Below the pieces are notes generated by a model, which saw nothing but the letters and a program-made list of their open reading frames with translations, made no database searches and was not told where the DNA came from. Positions 37,659 through 45,777 of a stretch of DNA of 64,000 nucleotides are shown one piece after another (the first letter of the stretch is position 1; each line of letters begins with the position of its first letter). This DNA is from an uncultured Acidimicrobiia bacterium (lineage in GTDB: Bacteria > Actinomycetota > Acidimicrobiia > Acidimicrobiales > Ilumatobacteraceae), in assembly GCA_963822315.1 (NCBI GenBank), contig CAWGHB010000010.1, positions 88,377 to 152,376 of the forward strand, in the 5' to 3' direction. A program made the translations under genes and the position numbers.

Positions 37659-38072
37659 GTGCTCGTCGACAGCGGACTGGAGCTCCTGACCGAGGCCGAG
37701 GCCTGGCGGCTGCTGCGCGGCGCCGAGATCGGTCGGGTGGGCATCACGATCGGCGCGCTGCCGGCGATCTTCCCGGTGAACTACCGGATCGTCGACGGGG
37801 CCATCGTCTTCCGCACCGCACCGGGTTCGAAGATGTCGGCCGCATCGGCGCACGCCGTCGTCGCGTTCGAGGTCGACGACTACGGGCCGGCCGACCGCTC
37901 GGGCTGGAGCGTCCTCGTCGTCGGCCGCAGCGAGGTCGTGGAAGACCCCGACCTGGCATCGGCGCTGCGCCGGTCGCGCCTCGAGCCGTTCGCCGACGGC
38001 GACCGCACGGCGATCGTGCGCATCGACCCGGTGTTCGTGTCCGGTCGGCGCCTCGTGCACCGTCCGACGTGA
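37659..38072 (+). CDS. PPOX-like split-barrel protein, paralog 5
   Basis: GTG start. LVDSGLELLTEAEAWRLLRGAEIGRVGITIGALPAIFPVNYRIVDGAIVFRTAPGSKM. Confidence 0.7.
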   Translation: MLVDSGLELLTEAEAWRLLRGAEIGRVGITIGALPAIFPVNYRIVDGAIVFRTAPGSKMSAASAHAVVAFEVDDYGPADRSGWSVLVVGRSEVVEDPDLASALRRSRLEPFADGDRTAIVRIDPVFVSGRRLVHRPT

Positions 38073-38180
38073 TCGTCGCCGCATCGCGGCCACCTCCCAC
38101 GGTCGTCAGCGATTTGGTTCCTCGAGGCATCGGCTACGCCGAGGCGGGGAGCCAACGGCCGGACGTCGGCCCACTTGACG

Positions 38181-38208
38181 GTGAGACGGAATTGTCTTAG
38201 CGTCTCAC
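38181..38208. promoter_or_regulatory. inverted repeat GTGAGACG-N12-CGTCTCAC (candidate TetR operator)
   Basis: Seen directly. Ends 3 nt before the tetR-family ATG 38211. The spacer is AT-rich (GAATTGTCTTAG). Confidence 0.45.
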
Positions 38209-38210
38209 GC

Positions 38211-38792
38211 ATGGGCTCGAGCATCGAGACGCGTGTGCTCGACGGGGCGCGCAGCTGCATGGAGCGCTGGGGCATCGCCAAGGTCTCCATCGACGACATC
38301 GCCGCCGAATCGGGCGTGTCGCGGGCGACGATCTACCGGCTGTTCCCGGGCGGCAAGGACGTCCTGTTCGAGGCGTTGCGGGTGCGCCAGCTCGAGGAGT
38401 TCTTCACCGTGCTGCGCGAGCAGGTGGCCGGCGCCGGATCGCTCGAAGACCTCATGGTGCGGGCCGTCGTCGTCGCCACCCGCGAGCTGCGCGCCGACGA
38501 CCACCTCGCCCTGATGATGGCGTCGGAGCCGGGCACCGTGCTCGGGCAGCTGACCGTCGAGGGCCTCCCGCGGATCATCCGGATCGCCACGACGTTCCTC
38601 GTGCCGCTCGCCGACCCGTTCCTCGACCGCCCGCACGCCCGCGCCGTGCTCGACGTCCTGGCCCGCATGACGATCTCCTACTTCCTGTCCCCGTGCGACA
38701 CCGTCGACCTCGGCGACGAGGAGTCGGCGCGGGCGTTCGTCGCCCCCCTGCTCGCCGCGTTCACGTCCGAGTCCAGCACCGTCCCCGTCTGA
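38211..38792 (+). CDS. TetR family transcriptional regulator
   Basis: ORF 38175..38792, start MGSSIETRVL. VSIDDIAAESGVSRATIYRLFPGGKDVLFEAL HTH. Confidence 0.85.
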   Translation: MGSSIETRVLDGARSCMERWGIAKVSIDDIAAESGVSRATIYRLFPGGKDVLFEALRVRQLEEFFTVLREQVAGAGSLEDLMVRAVVVATRELRADDHLALMMASEPGTVLGQLTVEGLPRIIRIATTFLVPLADPFLDRPHARAVLDVLARMTISYFLSPCDTVDLGDEESARAFVAPLLAAFTSESSTVPV

Positions 38793-38813
38793 GTTCCAGG
38801 AGGAGCTACCGCA

Positions 38814-39950
38814 ATGAGCACCACCCACCGAGGCAACGACGAGATCATCGGTCGCGCCCAGCTGGACGACCTCGAAGCGATCCTCGCCATCACCAACTCC
38901 GACGTCGACGAGGTGCTGCACGCGGTCGAGGACAAGGCCGACGCGCTGTTCACGTGGGACTACTCGCTGTCCCGGCCGCAGCTGCGCAAGCTGTACGAGA
39001 AGGGCAAGACCGGGCAGTGGAACGCCACGACCGACCTGCCGTGGGACACCGAGGTCGACCTCGAGAAGGTCGTCGCCGGGGACCAGCTGGCGATCATGGC
39101 CGGCCTCGATCCCAACCACTACGACGGGACCGTCCTCGAACGTTGGGACGCCAAGGAGTGGTTGGCGTTCGGCATCGAGAACCGCAAGTGGACGCTGTCG
39201 CAGTTCCTGCACGGTGAGCAGGGCGCCCTGCTCTGCACGGCGAAGATCACCGAGACGGTGCCGTGGTACGACGCCAAGCTCTACGCGTCGACCCAGGTCA
39301 TGGACGAGGCCCGTCACGTCGAGGTCTTCGCCCGCTACCTGGAGGAGAAGCTCGGCGGCGGCTACCAGGTCAACGCCCACCTGCGCATGCTGCTCGACGA
39401 CATCATCAACGACAGCCGCTGGGACATGACCTACCTCGGCATGCAGATCATGGTCGAGGGCCTCGCCCTCGCCGCGTTCGGCTTCATGCACCAGCTGACC
39501 GACGAGCCGCTGCTCAAGCAACTGCTCCGGTACGTGATGAGCGACGAGGCCCGCCACGTCGCCTTCGGCGTCTTGTCGCTGAAGGAGATCTACGAGGGCA
39601 TGACCGATGCCGAGATCAAGGACCGCCAGGAGTTCGCCTACGAGGCGGCCGTGCGGATGCGGGACCGGTTCATGTCGCAGGAGGTCTGGGAGCGCATGGG
39701 CATCAACCCCCGGGACGTCCTCCCGGTCGTGATGCGCGACCCGACCCGCGACCTGTTCCAGCAGATGCTGTTCTCCAAGATCGTGCCGAACTGCAAGAAG
39801 CTCGGCCTCCTCGACCGCAACGACAAATGGCTCCGGCACCGCTTCGAGGAGATGGGCGTCATCCAGTTCGAGGACCTCGAGGACACCGGCGAGGAGTACG
39901 ACAAGTTCGAGATCGGCGCCGACGCACCGGTGCCTGTCGCCGGCGCCTGA
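38814..39950 (+). CDS. ferritin-like di-iron carboxylate protein (AurF/R2-like oxygenase family)
   Basis: 378-aa ORF. Two ExxH motifs (MDEARHVEVF and SDEARHVAFG) plus EQGALL and VEGLALAAF helices. The subfamily is not resolved by eye. Confidence 0.6.
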   Translation: MSTTHRGNDEIIGRAQLDDLEAILAITNSDVDEVLHAVEDKADALFTWDYSLSRPQLRKLYEKGKTGQWNATTDLPWDTEVDLEKVVAGDQLAIMAGLDPNHYDGTVLERWDAKEWLAFGIENRKWTLSQFLHGEQGALLCTAKITETVPWYDAKLYASTQVMDEARHVEVFARYLEEKLGGGYQVNAHLRMLLDDIINDSRWDMTYLGMQIMVEGLALAAFGFMHQLTDEPLLKQLLRYVMSDEARHVAFGVLSLKEIYEGMTDAEIKDRQEFAYEAAVRMRDRFMSQEVWERMGINPRDVLPVVMRDPTRDLFQQMLFSKIVPNCKKLGLLDRNDKWLRHRFEEMGVIQFEDLEDTGEEYDKFEIGADAPVPVAGA

Positions 39951-39963
39951 TCCGGCAGGACGA

Positions 39964-40533
39964 TCAGGTCGCTGCCGACACCGGTGCCGACGTGGGCGCG
40001 TCGGTCCCGGCGAACACGACGTCGACGAGCCGGCGGTGCCGTCGACGGGTCGCCCACCACACAAACTTGAGCGGCAACGGCGCGTCGTCGATCAGGCTGC
40101 GGCGGGCATCGCCGTCCATCGCGTCGACGATGCAGGGCTCGTAGAACGTCATACCGCGGCGACGGGCGTCGCCGACCGCTGCATCCTGCACGGCGTCGAA
40201 CTCGTCGGCCGAGTAGTGCCGCAGGAAGAGCGGGATCACGTCGGCGTCCTCGACGGCCAGGTGCTCGGCGAGGTGGTCGCGCAGCGCGATCGACGTGGTG
40301 ACCAGCTGGTCACGAGCGCCGGCGGCCGGCACCCGTCGGGCGAGGTCGGAGAAGAGGTGGCGATCCTCGGCCTGGTGCTCGATCCACCCGACGTCGGACC
40401 GCACGCCCACACCGCCGAACAGCACGAACGACGGGAGGCACGGGTCGGTCGGCTCGGCCACTGCGCCAGTCTGGCCGACCCGCCGTGGACGACCCTTGAC
40501 GCCGTGCGGGTTGCATCTCGCGCCGATCTCCAT
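39964..40533 (-). CDS. hemerythrin-like (HHE cation-binding) domain protein; start uncertain
   Basis: WIEHQAEDRHLFSDL and LRDHLAEHLAVEDADVIPLF (H..xE / HxxxE patterns). The N-terminal ~25 codons of the ORF look non-coding. Confidence 0.5.
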   Translation of the reverse strand: MEIGARCNPHGVKGRPRRVGQTGAVAEPTDPCLPSFVLFGGVGVRSDVGWIEHQAEDRHLFSDLARRVPAAGARDQLVTTSIALRDHLAEHLAVEDADVIPLFLRHYSADEFDAVQDAAVGDARRRGMTFYEPCIVDAMDGDARRSLIDDAPLPLKFVWWATRRRHRRLVDVVFAGTDAPTSAPVSAAT

Positions 40534-40577
40534 GACCTCTCCATGCCCTGCGTCCTTGCTCCGGTCATCCTGGAACC

Positions 40578-40815
40578 ATGCCGACGGACATCGACGACGA
40601 CACCCGACGGGCCGCCATCGAGGAGCAGATGCGGATGGTCGCCCACGACGATCCGGTGGCCTCGCACGCGCTGTACCACGACGACGCGGTGCTGGAGTTC
40701 CCGCAGTCCGGCGAGCGCTTCGAGGGCGTTGACAACTTCCGCGAGTGGCGGGCCCGCATCTACGTCACCGAGCCGTGGGATGCACCCGAGTGGCGCGCCC
40801 CTGGCGGTCGGCGAC
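40578..40815 (+). pseudogene. SnoaL/NTF2-like protein remnant (internal deletion)
   Basis: MPTDIDDDTRRAAIEEQMRMVAHDDPVASHALYHDDAVLEFPQSGERFEGVDNFREWRA runs directly into a C-terminal-type YVTEPWDAPEWRAP. The central beta-sheet part is missing. ~400 nt without a convincing ORF follow. Confidence 0.4.
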
Positions 40816-41219
40816 AAAGGCCGTCTGATCCCTTGTGGGCGCCGGTCCTCGCCCGTCAAGGTGCTCGGGGATCGTGCGACGCGACGGCCGATCCGATCTC
40901 AGGACGTGCGCACCGAGTGCCACGGTTGTTGCGGACGTTGACCTCCTCGGAGGTTGGATCGGCGATCTGGGTGAGGACACAACCCGCGAGGGGTCGTCCT
41001 GATCAGAAGCGTCAGGTTCCGCTGACCGACCGGACCTCGACGGCGATCGACGGCGAGAGTCGTGAGGACCCGGAGGTCGCCGAGGGCTCGTGACGTCGCC
41101 GTCCGCGGTCCCCGCCCGAGTCACCGGTAAGCTGGCCACGCGGCGGGCTGGTCGTGTGCACTCGGCAGTTGTCAGGGGTGTTCGGTGTGCCTGTCCGCAC
41201 TCGTTGTGGATCGTGGGCC

Positions 41220-42480
41220 ATGTCCGAACTGCCTCCCGTGCCTGACAGTGTTCGGCTGCTGCTGGCCGGTAGCGAGGTGCCTCCTCGGGTGTTTGGGTCG
41301 TTGCCGCTGCCGGCGACCGGCCCAGAAGTCGCCCAGTTCGTCGCCTTGCGAGCTGCGGCGTGTGTCGGCGCCGACTATTCCAACCTGGCGGCCTTGGATG
41401 GGAGCGGACAGTCGTTGCGGCTCTTCCACGGGGCGTTCCTCGCCCCGGCGATCGCCGACCGGTACACGGACGTACCGTTGGATGCGCCCTTTCCGATCGC
41501 CGTCGCCGCTCGTACCGGGACGGCGATCCTGCTGCCGGACCTCGACGCCTACCGAGACCGATTTCCCGAGATCGTCGCCGACACCGTTGCCGCCGGGGTG
41601 CAAGCAACCGCATCGCTACCGCTGTATCGAAACAGTGGCAGTCTGGCCGGGGCGATCGGTTTCGCCTGGACGAGTCCTGTCAGGTTCGACACCAAGCTGC
41701 AGAGTGCGCTGCAGGCCGTTGCCGAGCTGTGCACGGCGACGATCGAACGGGCGGAGCGCCACAATGCTGACCACCAGTTCATCGTCGACCTCTCGGCGAG
41801 TCTGCTGGGAACTCTCCCCGTCATGGACGGGGTGGAGACCTCCGCCCGGTACCTGCCCGCCAGCCAAACAGCTGCGGTGGGCGGTGACTGGTATGAGGGG
41901 ATCCTGCTCGGCGATCAGCGACTGGCGCTCGTGGTCGGCGACGTCGCCGGACACGGCCTGGCCGCCGCCGCCGACATGGCACTCCTTCGCGGCATGATCA
42001 CGGCGCTGCTCCACTCCGGCGTCGCGGTGGCCGACGTCTTCGGCGAAGTGTCGGACGTCCTGCGTCAACGGGCCGGACTGCTGCTTGCGTCCGCGGCCCT
42101 GATCGTCGTCGACACCGACGACGAGACGCTCACCTACGCCACCGCCGGCCACCCGCCACCCGTCGTCCAACTCCCGAGCGGGGAAATCCGACGACTCGAC
42201 GACGCGAACGCGCCGATGATCGGCCTCACCTCGACGCGTACGCGTGGCCAATACCGTGCCGTTCCCGGCCGGCTCCCGGCTGGTCATGTTCACCGACGGG
42301 CTCGTCGAGCGACGCGATCGACCCTTCGACGACGGCATCGACCAGATCGTCGAGCTGCTGTCGACGTTGCCGAGCCTGCTCACCCCGATACAGGTCACCG
42401 ACGCCATCTTGGACAGCCTCTTGGCCGGCGCCGCCGCCACGGACGACATCGCCGTCGTCGCCATCCAACGCGTCGCCTGA
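41220..42480 (+). pseudogene. GAF-domain PP2C (SpoIIE-type) serine phosphatase, one frameshift
   Basis: MSELPPV..GAF-like..AAVGGDWYEG..LVVGDVAGHGLAAAADMALLRG..ATAGHPPP lies in the frame of ORF 41154. At about 42242 it continues as VANTVPFPAGSRLVMFTDGLVERRD...DDIAVVAIQRVA* in the frame of ORF 42244. Confidence 0.75.
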
Positions 42481-42996
42481 TGCCGACGGTGCAATCGCCA
42501 GGTGATCGCAATCGGCCCTTCGCGCGCGTGGCGAACGTAGGTGGCCGGGACGAGGCACCAGAACGCTCGGTCACTGGCCCGCAGCCGAGCGAATGCAGGT
42601 CGTTCGGCTCCGCCGGTCGCCCCAGCCGGTCACGGGCGTATGAGTGGACGATGCGTCAGCGAATGATCGAGAGCGCTGACTTCGAGTGCGCACTCGGAGC
42701 CGACGACCAACCTCTTGCCGCCGAGGTCGCTGGAGCGACCGAACTGCTGCCGATCACTGCCATGACGCCGTAGGTGCAACGCCATGCCGCCGTGAACTCC
42801 TCATCAGCCCTAGAGCGGTGCTTCGTCCCATCAGCATCGGGACGATACGCCACCCCGTACGGAACTCTCCCGATGCTCGACCACATCGCCGAATACCTAG
42901 CGGACGACCGTGATTTCGTGGGCGTCCAACGCTCCGAGTCGCTACCGCGAAGCGCGCCCTCGAGCAGCCATCTCAAGGGGCGAAGGGGCACGCCGG

Positions 42997-43755
42997 TCAG
43001 GCCCCGACCATCATCGTGCCGCCATCCACGGCCAGCAGTTGCCCGGTGATGAACCGGGCCCCCGAGGAGGCCAGGAACACGATCGCCGGACCGAGGTCTG
43101 CGACCGGGTCCCCCAGTTTGCCTCCGATCACGATCGTCTCGGCGATCCTTTGCTCCACGAAGGGACGCGCCTCGGCGCCGACCGAGTCGAGGAATCGGTC
43201 GGCACCAGGAGTGGCCACCGCGGGGGCCAGGGAGTTGACCGTGATCCCGTAGCGTCCCCACGCCCGTGCCGCCGCCCGGGTCCAACCGTGCACGGCCGCT
43301 TTCGTCAACGAGTAGGCGGCAGCACTCGGATTGCCGATGACACCCTCGGCGGAGCCGAGATTGATGATCGCGCCGCCGTTCGTCTTCATGTGCTCGAACG
43401 CGGCCTGGTTCGTATACACCGTCGACTTCACGTTCGTCGCCAAGAGGAACTCCAGGTCCGCTTCGTCCAGTGTGTCCGGTGTCGACGGCATCCACAGTCC
43501 GGCGGCGTGCAGCAACACGTCCAGGCCACCGAGGGTCTCATGGGCCTCCTCGACGACGCGAAAGACCTGCGGCCGGTCACGCAGGTCCGCCCGAAGCCAA
43601 CTCGCTCGACCGACCAGCTGCTCCGGCGGTTCGGTGCGATGGATGACCGCGGCCACGTTGGCCCCCGCGCCGGTCAGCACCTCCACCGCCGCGGCGCCGA
43701 TACCGGTAGCGGCTCCGGTCACCATGACTCGCCTGCCATCGAGTGGATCCGACAC
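42997..43755 (-). CDS. SDR family oxidoreductase
   Basis: 252-aa ORF. VMVTGAATGIGAA (TGxxxGxG), NLGSAEG, YSLTKAAV (YxxxK). Confidence 0.85.
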   Translation of the reverse strand: MSDPLDGRRVMVTGAATGIGAAAVEVLTGAGANVAAVIHRTEPPEQLVGRASWLRADLRDRPQVFRVVEEAHETLGGLDVLLHAAGLWMPSTPDTLDEADLEFLLATNVKSTVYTNQAAFEHMKTNGGAIINLGSAEGVIGNPSAAAYSLTKAAVHGWTRAAARAWGRYGITVNSLAPAVATPGADRFLDSVGAEARPFVEQRIAETIVIGGKLGDPVADLGPAIVFLASSGARFITGQLLAVDGGTMMVGA

Positions 43756-43949
43756 ACGTTCCCCAGTCCGTTGTGTCCGTCAGCTTCGGGCCCAGACGGT
43801 AGTGAGTCTCACGGGCACGCGTCACGTACTGGCGAAGGGTGCCACCGCGCCGCCTCACGCGAAGCGGCCCACCGTGTGGACCTACGCTGTTGCGAGGGGT
43901 TGGCCGTTGTGATCAGGGCGAGGCCCGAGCAGAGTTGGGAGGTCCCTTG

Positions 43950-44714
43950 ATGACGACGGCAGTGGTCACCGGTGCGGGCAGCGGGATGGGACATGCGTGC
44001 GTCGATTGTCTGCGCGAGCTGGCCGACGTGGTGTTCGCCGTGGATCTTCGGCCGCCGGACATCGACGGCACCACGGGCGTCGCTTGCGACGTCTCCGATC
44101 CTGTGGCCGTTCAAGCGCTCGCTCGTCAGGTCGCGGCATGCGGACCGTTCGGGGCGCTGATCCATGCCGCCGGCATCTCACCGACGATGGGTGACGCCCG
44201 GCGCATGTTCGAGGTCAACCTCGTCGGCACGCAACTGGTGCTCGACGCGTTCGACGCTCTCGTCGCGCCTGGATCAGCTGCCGTCTGCTTCGCGTCCTCG
44301 TCTGCGTACGAGGTCGCGGCATACGTCAATGATGAGCACGAGGCCCTGCTCGGCGATCCGCTCGTGCCGGACTTCCTCGATCGGGCAACGGCCCTCATCC
44401 CCGACCCCGGGTTCGCGTACGCGATCTCGAAGGTCGGGGTCATGCGTGCCGTCCGCCGCGCCGCCGTCGAGTGGGGTCGCCGCGGTGGTCGAGTCAACTC
44501 CCTCTCGCCCGGCATCATCGATACCCCGATGGGCCGTCTCGAGCTGGAACATCACCCGACCATGCAGCAGGTGGTCGAGAAGACACCGCTCGGTCGCACC
44601 GGCTACCCAGGCGAAGTGGCCGCTGTCGCCGCCTTCCTGGTCTCCGAAGCGGCATCGTTCGTCTCGGGCATCGACGTGCTGGTCGATGGCGGGGCAGCGG
44701 CGGCCGTCGGCTGA
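43950..44714 (+). CDS. SDR family oxidoreductase
   Basis: Start MTTAVVTGAGSGMGHA after GGGAGG. YAISKVGV (YxxxK), NSLSPGIIDTPM. Confidence 0.85.
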   Translation: MTTAVVTGAGSGMGHACVDCLRELADVVFAVDLRPPDIDGTTGVACDVSDPVAVQALARQVAACGPFGALIHAAGISPTMGDARRMFEVNLVGTQLVLDAFDALVAPGSAAVCFASSSAYEVAAYVNDEHEALLGDPLVPDFLDRATALIPDPGFAYAISKVGVMRAVRRAAVEWGRRGGRVNSLSPGIIDTPMGRLELEHHPTMQQVVEKTPLGRTGYPGEVAAVAAFLVSEAASFVSGIDVLVDGGAAAAVG

Positions 44715-44876
44715 CCAGCAGGACCGGGCAGATCCCGACCGAGACCGCCGAGGTGGGAGCCCGCCCGACAGCGGTGAATGCAGACAGCTCCTCGTGCTCG
44801 ACCCATCACACCGGGGTGCGCCACGCGAGGAGCGCGATCGATCAGCAGCGCTTTGCCCAGCTGAGAAGCTGCAGCC

Positions 44877-45683
44877 ATGGAACGACTCGGCATCGAGCAC
44901 CTCAGCGTCTTCGGGCTGCCACCGGTCCAGTTCGTGAACCTTGTGGCCGACCTCGGCTGCCGCTATCTGGCAACCGGCCTGGCTGCGGCTCCGTACAACC
45001 CCCACGGCTACCCGCCGTTCTCACTCAAGGACGACGCGGCGCTTCGCCGGGAGATGATCGCCGCGATGGAGGACCGGGGGGTGTCGATCTCACTCGGCGA
45101 GGGCTTCTCGTTGCGCGGGGGTCAGGACGTCGGCGATCGGCGGAACGATCTCGAGGTCATGGCGGAACTGGGCGTCCGGCGGATCAACACCGTCACGATG
45201 GACCCCGACCTCGGACGGTCATTCGACCAGTTCGGCAAGCTGGCCGAGATGGCGGCCACGCTCGGCATGGAGACCACCGTCGAGTTCGGCCCGGGCCTGT
45301 CGGTCGGAGACCTCCCAACAGCGCTGACAGCCGTGCACCATGTCGGCCGGCCTGACTTCCGGCTGCTCATCGACACCATGCATCTCTGCCGCACCGGTTC
45401 CAGCCCGGCCGACATCGCGGCGCTCGATCCGAGTCACATCGGCTACGTCCAGCTCAGTGATGCACCGCGACAGCCGAGGTTCCCCACCTACATGGAGGAG
45501 GCCATGTTCGAGCGGATGGTGCCGGGCCTCGGTGAGCTGCCCTTGCGTGAGATCCTTGCTGCCGTGCCGCCGGATGTCATCGTCGGCATCGAGGTTCCCC
45601 TCCGTGCGCAGGCTGAAGGAGGCGTCGGCCCAGAGGACCGATTGCGGCCGTGCGTCGCAGCGGCTCGCGCTCTCCTCGCCTGA
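44877..45683 (+). CDS. sugar phosphate isomerase/epimerase (xylose-isomerase-like TIM barrel) family protein
   Basis: 268-aa ORF. General pattern ..ELGVRRINTV..FRLLIDTMHL..IGYVQLSD.. The call is from memory of the family. Confidence 0.65.
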   Translation: MERLGIEHLSVFGLPPVQFVNLVADLGCRYLATGLAAAPYNPHGYPPFSLKDDAALRREMIAAMEDRGVSISLGEGFSLRGGQDVGDRRNDLEVMAELGVRRINTVTMDPDLGRSFDQFGKLAEMAATLGMETTVEFGPGLSVGDLPTALTAVHHVGRPDFRLLIDTMHLCRTGSSPADIAALDPSHIGYVQLSDAPRQPRFPTYMEEAMFERMVPGLGELPLREILAAVPPDVIVGIEVPLRAQAEGGVGPEDRLRPCVAAARALLA

Positions 45684-45777
45684 ACGGCTCCGCCAACGGC
45701 GGCGTTTCTCACGGTTCCACGGTGGAGTCGAGGGTAGACGCGGCGTGGAGGTGAGGCGGCTGCCGGCCTGACGAGGA

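Noticed and set aside
38160-38173. Operator-like sequences that partly match the DosR-type box: CGGACGTCGGCCC (38160), CGGACGTTGCGCCG (48610), CGCCGGAACGTCGG (49391, at 37 nt from ATG 49354), TTCACGTCCGGGTC (32429), GTGACGGCAGGCCG (34779).
   Set aside because: They match at 9-11 of 14 positions only. They are wrongly spaced, lack a NANNNT hexamer at the fixed distance, or have no downstream gene. They may be decayed or secondary sites but are not supportable as calls.
42481-42996. ORFs in the 516-nt gap after the PP2C gene (42774..43049 +, 42656..43495 -).
   Set aside because: No motifs and no RBS. The first overlaps the SDR gene's 3' end and the second is antisense to the SDR gene. The region is more likely decayed or non-coding DNA.
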